DNA of 64,000 nucleotides from Vicinamibacterales bacterium (GTDB lineage Bacteria > Acidobacteriota > Vicinamibacteria > Vicinamibacterales > UBA8438), in NCBI GenBank assembly GCA_965207265.1, contig OZ242279.1:6235359-6299358 (forward strand), in the 5' to 3' direction. The notes under the pieces are model-generated. The model saw only the letters and a program-made list of their open reading frames with translations. It was not told where the DNA came from and searched no databases. A program made the translations under genes and the position numbers. Shown one piece after another: positions 20,358-27,940 of this stretch (within the stretch, counting starts at the first letter, position 1; each line of letters starts with the position of its first letter).

Positions 20358-20889
20358 GGAAATCGAGAACGCTGTCGCCGGCCCTCACCCGACGCGTGTG
20401 CCGCAGCGGCTCCACGGCGACCCTCTCGGCACGCCGCGTCCGCTCCACTACTACCTGCCCCCCGGCGGCGGTACGCCGGCCGGCAGCTGACAGTATGGCA
20501 CCTATCGCGCGGTCATCATACTCGTACGGCGGATCCAGCAGCACCAGATCGAAGGTGACGGCGGCGCCCAGCCGGTCCAGCGCGCCCGGCAGCGTGCCGC
20601 GCACCACCTGTCCCAGGGCGGCGACGCCGCAACGGTCCAGATTGGCCTCGATCAGAGCGACGGCCCGCGCGTCGCGGTCGACGAACGTGACGCCGGCGGC
20701 GCCGCGGCTGAGCGCCTCCAGCCCGAGCGCGCCGGTTCCCGCGCAGCCGTCCAGGACAAGCGCGCCGGCGACGTCGCCGGCCAGGATGTTGAACAGGGTC
20801 TCACGCAGCCGGTCCGACGTCGGTCGCAGGCCGGACCAGGTCGGAGACGGCAGGCGACGCCCTTTCAGCTCCCCGCCGATGATGCGCAT
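20338..20889 (-). CDS. rsmD: 16S rRNA (guanine966-N2)-methyltransferase RsmD
   Basis: 183 aa with MRIIGGELKGRRL, RPTSDRLRETLFNIL, DGCAGTGALGLEALSRGA and the DPPY motif. Confidence 0.85.
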   Translation of the reverse strand: MRIIGGELKGRRLPSPTWSGLRPTSDRLRETLFNILAGDVAGALVLDGCAGTGALGLEALSRGAAGVTFVDRDARAVALIEANLDRCGVAALGQVVRGTLPGALDRLGAAVTFDLVLLDPPYEYDDRAIGAILSAAGRRTAAGGQVVVERTRRAERVAVEPLRHTRRVRAGDSVLDFHVRAKE

Positions 20890-20895
20890 CGCGTC

Positions 20896-23016
20896 TCAGG
20901 CCACCCCGGCCAGTCCGAAGCGGCGGGTCCAGGCGCTGCGCACCGCGTCGAGCCGCGGACCGATCGCTTCCGGGCCGTCGATCCACGCCGCCGCGGCGCG
21001 GCGCGCCTCCTCCATCAGCCGGTGGTCGCGCAACAGATCGCCGACCCGAAACAGCGGGACGCCGGACTGCCTGGTGCCGAAGAAGTCGCCCGGGCCGCGC
21101 AGCTCCAGATCGCGCTCCGCGATCTGGAATCCGTCCGTCGTCCCCGCCAGCGCCCGCAACCGGGCCGCGGCCGCATCGGAGAGCCGCGCGGCGTGCATCA
21201 GGACGCAGCAGGACCGGGCCGCGCCACGCCCCACGCGGCCGCGCAACTGGTGCAACTGGGCCAGCCCGAAACGCTCCGCCTGCTCTATCACCATCACCGT
21301 CGCGTTCGGCACGTCGATGCCCACCTCGATCACCGTCGTCGCAACCAGCACATCGATCCGGGCCGCCGCGAACGCCGCCATCGTCCGCTCGCGCTCGGCG
21401 GTCGCCATGCGGCCGTGGACCAGGCCGACGCGGGCGTCCGGGAACACGCGCGCCTGCAGCTCCGCGGCCATTTCGGTCGCCGCTCTCAGGTCCAGTTTCT
21501 CCGATTCCTCGACGAGCGGGTAGACGACGAACGCCTGCCTTCCGGCACGCAGCTCCGTGCGAACGAGGTCGTAGGTCTCGGTGCGGCGCGCCTCGCTGCG
21601 TATCACCGTTTTCACCGGTTGCCGGCCGGGAAGCCGCTCCCTGATCTCGGAAACGTCCAGGTCGCCGTATGCGGTCAGGGCCAGGGTCCGTGGAATCGGC
21701 GTGGCCGTCATCACGAGCACGTCCGGATCGAGGCCCTTGTCGCGCAGGATCGCACGCTGCACGACGCCGAAGCGGTGCTGCTCGTCGATGATCGCGAGGC
21801 CCAGCGCCCTGAACCGGACGTCGCCCTGCACGATCGCGTGGGTGCCCACGACGAGCTGCGACGCGCCGTTGGCGATGCGGCTGCCGGCCTCGCGCCGCGT
21901 CCGCGCCGGGAGCGTGCCGGTCAGCAAGGCGGCGGCGAAGCGCGACCGCGACAGTACGCGGCTGATGTTCGCGTAGTGTTGCTCCGCGAGGATCTCGGTC
22001 GGCGCCATGAACGCCACCTGCAGCCCGTTCTCCATGGCGACGAGCGCCGCGAGCAGCGCCACTATGGTCTTGCCCGAGCCGACATCGCCCTGCAGCAGGC
22101 GGTTCATCGGCCGCGGGCGCTGCAGGTCCTCGACGATCTCCTTCAGGGCCTGCCGCTGATGCCGCGTGAGGCGGAACGGGAGCAGGTCCCGGGCAGCCTG
22201 CCGGATCCGGTCGTCGACGACGAGTCGCCGCGGCTTGACGCGGGTGTCCGACTCGCGCCGCCGCAACAGCAGGCCGACCTGGAAGAAGAAGAACTCCTCG
22301 AAAATCAGACGCTGCTGCGCAGGCGTCCCGAAACGGTCGAGTGCCTCGATAGAGGTTCCGGTCGGCGGAAAGTGTGCATCGGCAAGCGCCTGCCGGCGCG
22401 GGGGCGCGCCGAGCGAGCGGCGGACGCCGTCGGGCAGCGGGTCGTCCACCTCCGCCGGCAGGCGCTGGAGTGCGTCGTGGACGACGCGACGAAGCGATTT
22501 CGGCGTCAGCGACCCGATCTTCTCGTAGACGGGCACGATGCGCCCGGTGTGGATCGGCTCACCCCATGCGTCGTCCTCCTCGTCGGACACGATCTCGTGA
22601 TCCGGATTGGTGATCTGCAGACCCCCGGTCGGACGCCGGTCGACCCGGCCGTGCAACAGGACCTGCTGCCGCGCCGCGAAGACGCCCTTGAGGAACGCCT
22701 GGTTCAGGAAGGCGACGCGCACGCGGCCCGTCGCGTCCTGAACGAGCATCTCGAAGATCCGAAACCCCGGCCGGCGAGTGGTACGCAGACCGCAGCTCAG
22801 CACCGTGCCGCCGATCGTGGTCGCCTCGCCGGGGCGCAGGTCGCGGATCGATTGCAGGATCGCCCGGTCCTCGTAGCGGCGAGGGAGGGTCAGGAGCAGA
22901 TCCTCGACCGTCTGCACACCAACGGCGGCAAGGTCCCCGGCGCGTCGCGGGCCAACGCCCTTCAGGTACTGGACAGGAGTCTGCAGAGCGTCAGCGGCGG
23001 CGGCGGCAGACCGCAT
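20896..23016 (-). CDS. recG: ATP-dependent DNA helicase RecG
   Basis: 706 aa with a wedge domain, Walker A GDVGSGKT, DEQHRFG, and the TRG-like region QLHQLRGRVGRG. Confidence 0.95.
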   Translation of the reverse strand: MRSAAAAADALQTPVQYLKGVGPRRAGDLAAVGVQTVEDLLLTLPRRYEDRAILQSIRDLRPGEATTIGGTVLSCGLRTTRRPGFRIFEMLVQDATGRVRVAFLNQAFLKGVFAARQQVLLHGRVDRRPTGGLQITNPDHEIVSDEEDDAWGEPIHTGRIVPVYEKIGSLTPKSLRRVVHDALQRLPAEVDDPLPDGVRRSLGAPPRRQALADAHFPPTGTSIEALDRFGTPAQQRLIFEEFFFFQVGLLLRRRESDTRVKPRRLVVDDRIRQAARDLLPFRLTRHQRQALKEIVEDLQRPRPMNRLLQGDVGSGKTIVALLAALVAMENGLQVAFMAPTEILAEQHYANISRVLSRSRFAAALLTGTLPARTRREAGSRIANGASQLVVGTHAIVQGDVRFRALGLAIIDEQHRFGVVQRAILRDKGLDPDVLVMTATPIPRTLALTAYGDLDVSEIRERLPGRQPVKTVIRSEARRTETYDLVRTELRAGRQAFVVYPLVEESEKLDLRAATEMAAELQARVFPDARVGLVHGRMATAERERTMAAFAAARIDVLVATTVIEVGIDVPNATVMVIEQAERFGLAQLHQLRGRVGRGAARSCCVLMHAARLSDAAAARLRALAGTTDGFQIAERDLELRGPGDFFGTRQSGVPLFRVGDLLRDHRLMEEARRAAAAWIDGPEAIGPRLDAVRSAWTRRFGLAGVA

Positions 23017-23019
23017 CGC

Positions 23020-23610
23020 TCACTGGACGACCACAGTCCGCCGTGACTCGACGCGCACGGCGTCGATACCGCTCGGAAGCGGAATCGGCTCGCTCACGTC
23101 GATCCCGTCGGGATACTGATCCGACCGTGTGTAGACTTGCACCAGTTCGGCCACGAGGGTCGCCGGCACCGGAAGCGCTCCGACCCGCGCCGACTCGATC
23201 CGGATCGTCAGCGTACGGCGGGACGACTGCACGATGCCGATCGCCGTGACCGGCAGCCTTCCGCTCAGGAAGCGGAGGGGATTCAGCGGCCCCGGCGACT
23301 GCTGCTCGCGCACCGCATCCAGATCGACGGTGGCGGTGACCGTCAGGCGCCCGCCCGCCTCCATGCGCAACTCCGGATCGGCCAGTCCCGGCGGCAGGCT
23401 GTCGGCGGCCTGAAATCGCAGAAAGCCGGCCACCGCCCGTTCGGTGATGATCACCTCGCGGGGCTCGCCGCGACGCGGCGTGGCGGCATTGAGCAGGATG
23501 CGGGCCAGCGCCGATTCGAATTCGCGGCCGTCGGCGGCGGTCGGCGGCCCGCCCTGCGGGGCCGGCGCCGCCGCGCCGAGCATCACCATCGCGGCAACTA
23601 TCCAGATCAC
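23020..23610 (-). CDS. Hypothetical membrane-anchored/exported protein
   Basis: 196-aa ORF with a GTG start and an N-terminal hydrophobic segment (IWIVAAMVMLGAAA). Its stop is 3 nt from the recG start. No family recognised with confidence. Confidence 0.5.
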   Translation of the reverse strand: MIWIVAAMVMLGAAAPAPQGGPPTAADGREFESALARILLNAATPRRGEPREVIITERAVAGFLRFQAADSLPPGLADPELRMEAGGRLTVTATVDLDAVREQQSPGPLNPLRFLSGRLPVTAIGIVQSSRRTLTIRIESARVGALPVPATLVAELVQVYTRSDQYPDGIDVSEPIPLPSGIDAVRVESRRTVVVQ

Positions 23611-23729
23611 TCCGAAACTTTAGCATGCGGCGCGGATCGCGCGGCGTCGCTGCGGTCTTGATATTCGCCTTTTGTTTGCTGTAGGGTAGGGAGTCCCATG
23701 CCCGGGTGAACACGCCATGAGGAGGCACC

Positions 23730-24335
23730 GTGCAACCGCTCACGAGGCGACAGCGAGAGATCCTCGATTACCTCACCGAGTTCATCCAGCACCACGGCTA
23801 CAGTCCGAGCCTGGAGGAGATCGGCCGGCGTTTCGGGCTCTCTTCGCTCGCCACCGTGCACAAGCATCTGACGAATCTGCAGGAGAAGGGTTTCGTCAAG
23901 CGCGCCTGGAACCGCAGCCGCTCCGTGGAGCTGCTTCCGACCGGCGCCGGCGGACGGGCGATCGAGATCCCGTTGCAGGGCTATGTCGCCGCCGGCGATC
24001 CCATCGAGGCGGTGGTCTCTCCGGAGACCGTCGCGGTGCCCGAGAACCTCACGGGCACCCGCGCCACGTATGCGCTCCGGGTGCGTGGCCAGTCCATGAT
24101 CGACGAGCAGATCCGCGACGGCGACATCGTAATCGTCGAAGATCGCAGGACGGCGGAGAACGGCGAGATGGTGATTGCCTTGCTCGACGCGTCCGAGGCG
24201 ACGCTCAAGACGTTCTACCGGGAGGACGGGCGCATCCGCCTGCAGCCGGCGAATCCCGCGATGCAGCCGCTCGTGGTGGACGCCGGGCGGGTACAGATAC
24301 AGGGCGTCGTCGTCGGCCTCATGAGAAGATACTGA
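23730..24335 (+). CDS. lexA: LexA repressor
   Basis: 201 aa with a GTG start preceded by AGGAGG. The N-terminal winged helix is LTRRQREILDYL...GYSPSLEEIG. The S24 peptidase domain has VRGQSM (Ser nucleophile) and TLKTFY (Lys). Confidence 0.92.
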   Translation: MQPLTRRQREILDYLTEFIQHHGYSPSLEEIGRRFGLSSLATVHKHLTNLQEKGFVKRAWNRSRSVELLPTGAGGRAIEIPLQGYVAAGDPIEAVVSPETVAVPENLTGTRATYALRVRGQSMIDEQIRDGDIVIVEDRRTAENGEMVIALLDASEATLKTFYREDGRIRLQPANPAMQPLVVDAGRVQIQGVVVGLMRRY

Positions 24336-24406
24336 CCGCGCCCGCCTCCGCGGGGCGTCGAGGCACCCGGACGGGCGTCGACGCGCATCAACCGAGGACG
24401 AGACGA

Positions 24407-24742
24407 ATGCCCGAACGCAAGCAGATCAATTTCACGATAGTGCCGGACGAACCGAGCGACGTCGCACGCACGTACGCGAACTTCTGCGCCATCTCGCACA
24501 CGCCCTTCGATTTCACTCTCACCTTCTGCGAGGTGCTGCCGCCCTCCGAGACCGAGGTGCGGGAGGCGGACGGCGACGAACAGCAGTCGGACGGACCTCG
24601 TCAGCTCCGGGCGCCGGTCCGCGCCCGGATCGTCGTGCCGGCAGCGTTCATTCCAAGCCTGATCACCGCGCTGCAGGAACACGCGCGCGCCTTCAGCGAG
24701 GCGCCTCCGAAGGTCGCCTCTCCGAGGGACGCGGTGCACTAG
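24407..24742 (+). CDS. DUF3467 domain protein
   Basis: This is the in-frame sub-ORF of track ORF 23717..24742 starting at MPERKQINF. YANFCAISHTPFDFTLTFCEV is the DUF3467 core as I remember it. Confidence 0.7.
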   Translation: MPERKQINFTIVPDEPSDVARTYANFCAISHTPFDFTLTFCEVLPPSETEVREADGDEQQSDGPRQLRAPVRARIVVPAAFIPSLITALQEHARAFSEAPPKVASPRDAVH

Positions 24743-24826
24743 GAGTCTGCGCCGTAGCAACGGCGTAGACTCCTAGTCAGGCCCGGTTGGGCGGCAATCG
24801 GCGCCGCCGGCGACGGATTGTCGGGC
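24740..24826 (+). repeat. Copy B of the roughly 87-nt two-hairpin intergenic repeat (sense on the plus strand)
   Basis: Hairpin 1 is TAGGAGTCTGCGCCGT-agca-ACGGCGTAGACTCCTA (24740-24775) and begins on the TAG stop of the DUF3467 gene. The conserved tail GTCAGGCCCGGTTGGGCGGCAATCGGCGCCGCCGGCGACGGATTGTCGGG follows. Confidence 0.7.
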
Positions 24827-24837
24827 GAGTCGAGGCC

Positions 24838-25233
24838 ATGACCGACGAGCGGTTCGAGGAACTCGTGGCGGAGGCCTTCGAGCTGATTCCGCGACAGTTT
24901 CGCGAAGCGATGCGGAACGTCGCCCTGGTGATCGAGGACGAGCCCTCCCCGGAATTGCTCGCCGAGCTGGGCATCGCCCCCCCGGATACGCTGTACGGGC
25001 TCTACCAGGGAACCTCGCTGGTGGAACGAGAGTGGGGTCAGTTGGCCGAGCTTCCGGACCAGGTCATCATCTTCCGCGATCCGATCCTGGAAGACGCCGA
25101 GGACGAGGACGACGTCGTACGCGCCGTCGGCGAGACGGTCATTCACGAGTTTGGCCACCATTTCGGGCTCAGCGAGGAGGAGATCGACGAGGCCGAAGCG
25201 ATCTGGGCCGAAGAGACGTTCGGCGACCAGTGA
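24838..25233 (+). CDS. Small zinc metallopeptidase-like protein (DUF1025/minigluzincin-like)
   Basis: Track ORF 24787..25233 trimmed to MTDERFEELV. HEFGHHFG is an HExxH zinc motif near the C-terminus. About 131 aa. Confidence 0.7.
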   Translation: MTDERFEELVAEAFELIPRQFREAMRNVALVIEDEPSPELLAELGIAPPDTLYGLYQGTSLVEREWGQLAELPDQVIIFRDPILEDAEDEDDVVRAVGETVIHEFGHHFGLSEEEIDEAEAIWAEETFGDQ

Positions 25234-26080
25234 TGACCCGGCGGGCATCCCGCGGCAATCCAGGCCTCGGCGGCGGCTGGGGCAGCACTTCCTGGAGCCG
25301 GCCTGGGTACGGAAGGTCGTCGATGTCGTCGCGCCGACGCCGGAGCAGGTCCTCCTCGAGATCGGGCCGGGCCGCGGAGCGCTCACCTTCGCGCTCGCGA
25401 ATCGTGCCGGGCGGCTGCTGGCGGTCGAGTTGGACGAGAATCTCGTGCAGCGGCTGAAGGCCGGCGCTCCCGCCAACGTCGAAATCCGTCACGCCGACTT
25501 CCTGCAACTGGACCTGCGCGAAACGACCGCGAGCTTGCGCCGCGGCGCCGGCGGGCGGCCGGCGGACTCGTTGCGGGTCGTCGGGAATCTGCCGTACGGG
25601 ATCTCAGCCCCGATTCTGCTGCGTCTGCTCCGCCACGCTCTCGCGGCTGGAATACGCGACGCGGTGGTCATGCTGCAGCGCGAGGTGGCCGAACGTGTCG
25701 TTGCCGGCGCCGGATCGCGGGCGTACGGGCCGCTGGCGGTCATGTCGGCCCTGCACGCCGACACCCGCTGGATGCTCGACGTGCCGCCCGGAGCATTCCG
25801 CCCGGCGCCAAGGGTCCGATCGGCGGTCGTCTCCCTGAACTTTCGCGATCCGGTCCGCGCTCCCGTCGACCCGGCGGGCTTCGAGCTCCTCGTACGCCGT
25901 CTTTTCACCCGACGCCGCAAGCAGGTCGTGAACGCCCTCGCCGCGTTCAACTCCTCCCCGGGATTCGATCCGCTGTCGGTGTGCCGCGCCGCGGGTCTCT
26001 GCCCGACCCGTCGGCCGGGCGCCCTCGACCTGCCGGAACTCATTGACCTGTCTGATGTTCTGGCCGCCATGCCAGACTGA
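25151..26080 (+). CDS. rsmA: 16S rRNA (adenine1518/1519-N6)-dimethyltransferase RsmA/KsgA
   Basis: Motifs seen: RRLGQHFL, SAM motif LEIGPGRGALT, and VGNLPYGIS. The only in-frame start is the TTG at 25151, 83 nt inside the upstream gene, so the true start is uncertain. Confidence 0.8.
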   Translation: MATISGSARRRSTRPKRSGPKRRSATSDDPAGIPRQSRPRRRLGQHFLEPAWVRKVVDVVAPTPEQVLLEIGPGRGALTFALANRAGRLLAVELDENLVQRLKAGAPANVEIRHADFLQLDLRETTASLRRGAGGRPADSLRVVGNLPYGISAPILLRLLRHALAAGIRDAVVMLQREVAERVVAGAGSRAYGPLAVMSALHADTRWMLDVPPGAFRPAPRVRSAVVSLNFRDPVRAPVDPAGFELLVRRLFTRRRKQVVNALAAFNSSPGFDPLSVCRAAGLCPTRRPGALDLPELIDLSDVLAAMPD

Positions 26081-26086
26081 CCTCTG

Positions 26087-26095
26087 TGCTATACT
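26087..26095 (+). promoter_or_regulatory. Extended -10 promoter TGcTATACT upstream of rnj
   Basis: The sequence ctctgTGcTATACTgcgg lies just after the rsmA stop and would give a roughly 160-nt rnj leader. Confidence 0.3.
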
Positions 26096-26260
26096 GCGGT
26101 GCGTTCCTGTCGTTCGCGGGTTCCCCCAGCAGCCCGCACATGGACCGTGGCGCCGGGCAGTCCCGTCCGGTTGCGCGCTCGGCTCCTCCCCGTCGGCGCG
26201 TCCGCCCCGGCCGGTGATGCGTTGATCGAGCGGCACCGCCGCTCCCGCGAGAGATCCGAG

Positions 26261-27937
26261 ATGACCCGCGATTTCGGGCGCACGCCGCTGGTCGAGGTGC
26301 TGCTCCTCGGCGGCGTCGGTGAGTTCGGCATGAACATGATGGCCGTCCGCTGCGGACCGGACAGCCTGCTGGTCGACGCCGGGGTGATGTTCCCCGGCCC
26401 CGAGCACTTCGGTGTGGACCTCGTCATTCCCGACGTGCGCTCCCTCGCGGGAGAGCTCGGGCGGTTGTCGGCGCTGGTGCTGACGCACGGCCACGAGGAC
26501 CATATCGGCGCCGTTCCCTACATCTGGGATCTGATCGACGGACCGACGTACGGCACCCGGCTCACCCTCGCCCTGCTGGAGCGCAAGCTCGCCGAGCACG
26601 GCTGCGATACCTCCGGCCGCCTGGTGACGGTCGAGCCGTCGGAGACCGTGACCGCCGCCGGGCTCGACGTGGAGTTCGTGCAGGTCGCCCACAGCATTCC
26701 CGATTCCGTGGCGGTGGCCATCCACACGCCCGCCGGCACGCTGCTGCACAGCGGGGACTTCAAGTTCGACCAGACGCCTCTCGACGGCCGCCCCACCGAT
26801 GCCCATCGTCTCGCCGACCTGGGCCGGCGCGGCGTGCTGGCTCTCTTCGCGGACAGCACGAACGCGTCGCAGCCGGGCCACTCGGGATCCGAGCGGCACG
26901 TGGAGCCAGCGCTCGAGGAGATATTCGCCGGCGCACCCCGGCGGCTCGTCGTGACCACCTTCTCGTCCAGCCTCCACCGGCTGCAGTTGCTCGTCGATCT
27001 TGCCGACCGCTTCGGCCGCCAGGTCGCGTTCGTCGGCCGCGGGGTCGTGGAGAATGCGGCGCTCGCCGCCAGGCTCGGCTATCTGCGCCTGCCCGCAGGT
27101 CTGCAGATCGCCGAGACCGACGTCGCGCACCTGCCGCCGGAGAAGGTGCTCTGCATCGTCACCGGCTCACAAGGCGAGCCGTTCTCCGCCCTTGCGCGCA
27201 TGGCCGTCGGCGCCCACCGCCACGTTCGCCTGGAGGCGGGCGACGTCGTCGTCTTCTCCGCCCGCGCGATACCCGGCAACCGGCACGCCATCGATCGGCT
27301 GATGAATCACATCGCCCGCCGCGGCGCGCGGGTCGTCGACGAGCCGTCGAAACGGGTTCACGTCTCCGGGCACGGCAGCGAGGAGGACCTCAAGCTGCTG
27401 CTCTCGCTGATCAGCCCGCGCTGCTTCGTGCCGATACATGGAGAGTACCGCCATCTGGCGCACCATGCCCGGCTCGCCGAGCAGGTGTGCGGCGAGAGCG
27501 TGACGGTGCTGCTGGCCGAGAACAGCGATCGCATCTGTTTCGACGAATCGGGCGGATGGATTGGCGAGCCGCTTCGCGCGGGGCGTGTGCTCATCGACGG
27601 AACGCGCAGCGGTCAGGTGGCCGACGAGGTTCTGCGCGACCGCCGGCACCTGGCCGTCGACGGAGTCGTGGTCGCCGTCCTGACGATGAACGCGCACAGC
27701 GGCGGCATCGAACAGGCCACGGAGCTGATCACCCGCGGGTTCGTCCTCGACGGGCCGACCGAGTCGCTGCTCGACGCCGCGACGGGCCGGCTGCGCGCAC
27801 TCGCCGCCGAGGCCAGCGTCGAGGAGCGCACGGACCAGGGGGTCATGGGCGAGCGGGTGCGGGTCGAATTGCAACGGTTCTTTCGCAAACGGTGCGGCCG
27901 GCGGCCACTGGTGCTGCCGGTCATCCTGGAGATCTGA
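26261..27937 (+). CDS. rnj: Ribonuclease J
   Basis: Track ORF 26099..27937 trimmed to MTRDFGRTP. The metallo-beta-lactamase motif THGHEDHIGA is present, with beta-CASP and C-terminal domains of the length typical of RNase J. Confidence 0.9.
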   Translation: MTRDFGRTPLVEVLLLGGVGEFGMNMMAVRCGPDSLLVDAGVMFPGPEHFGVDLVIPDVRSLAGELGRLSALVLTHGHEDHIGAVPYIWDLIDGPTYGTRLTLALLERKLAEHGCDTSGRLVTVEPSETVTAAGLDVEFVQVAHSIPDSVAVAIHTPAGTLLHSGDFKFDQTPLDGRPTDAHRLADLGRRGVLALFADSTNASQPGHSGSERHVEPALEEIFAGAPRRLVVTTFSSSLHRLQLLVDLADRFGRQVAFVGRGVVENAALAARLGYLRLPAGLQIAETDVAHLPPEKVLCIVTGSQGEPFSALARMAVGAHRHVRLEAGDVVVFSARAIPGNRHAIDRLMNHIARRGARVVDEPSKRVHVSGHGSEEDLKLLLSLISPRCFVPIHGEYRHLAHHARLAEQVCGESVTVLLAENSDRICFDESGGWIGEPLRAGRVLIDGTRSGQVADEVLRDRRHLAVDGVVVAVLTMNAHSGGIEQATELITRGFVLDGPTESLLDAATGRLRALAAEASVEERTDQGVMGERVRVELQRFFRKRCGRRPLVLPVILEI

Positions 27938-27940
27938 TCT

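Noticed and set aside
23611-23729. Search for an SOS (LexA) box in the lexA / recG-operon divergent region
   Set aside because: No CTGT-N8-ACAG, CGAAC-N4-GTTCG or GTTC-N7-GTTC motif was found. Only a tandem GTAGG-GTAGG and a possible TTGATA-N18-TAGGGT promoter are present. The LexA box of this lineage cannot be deduced from one locus.
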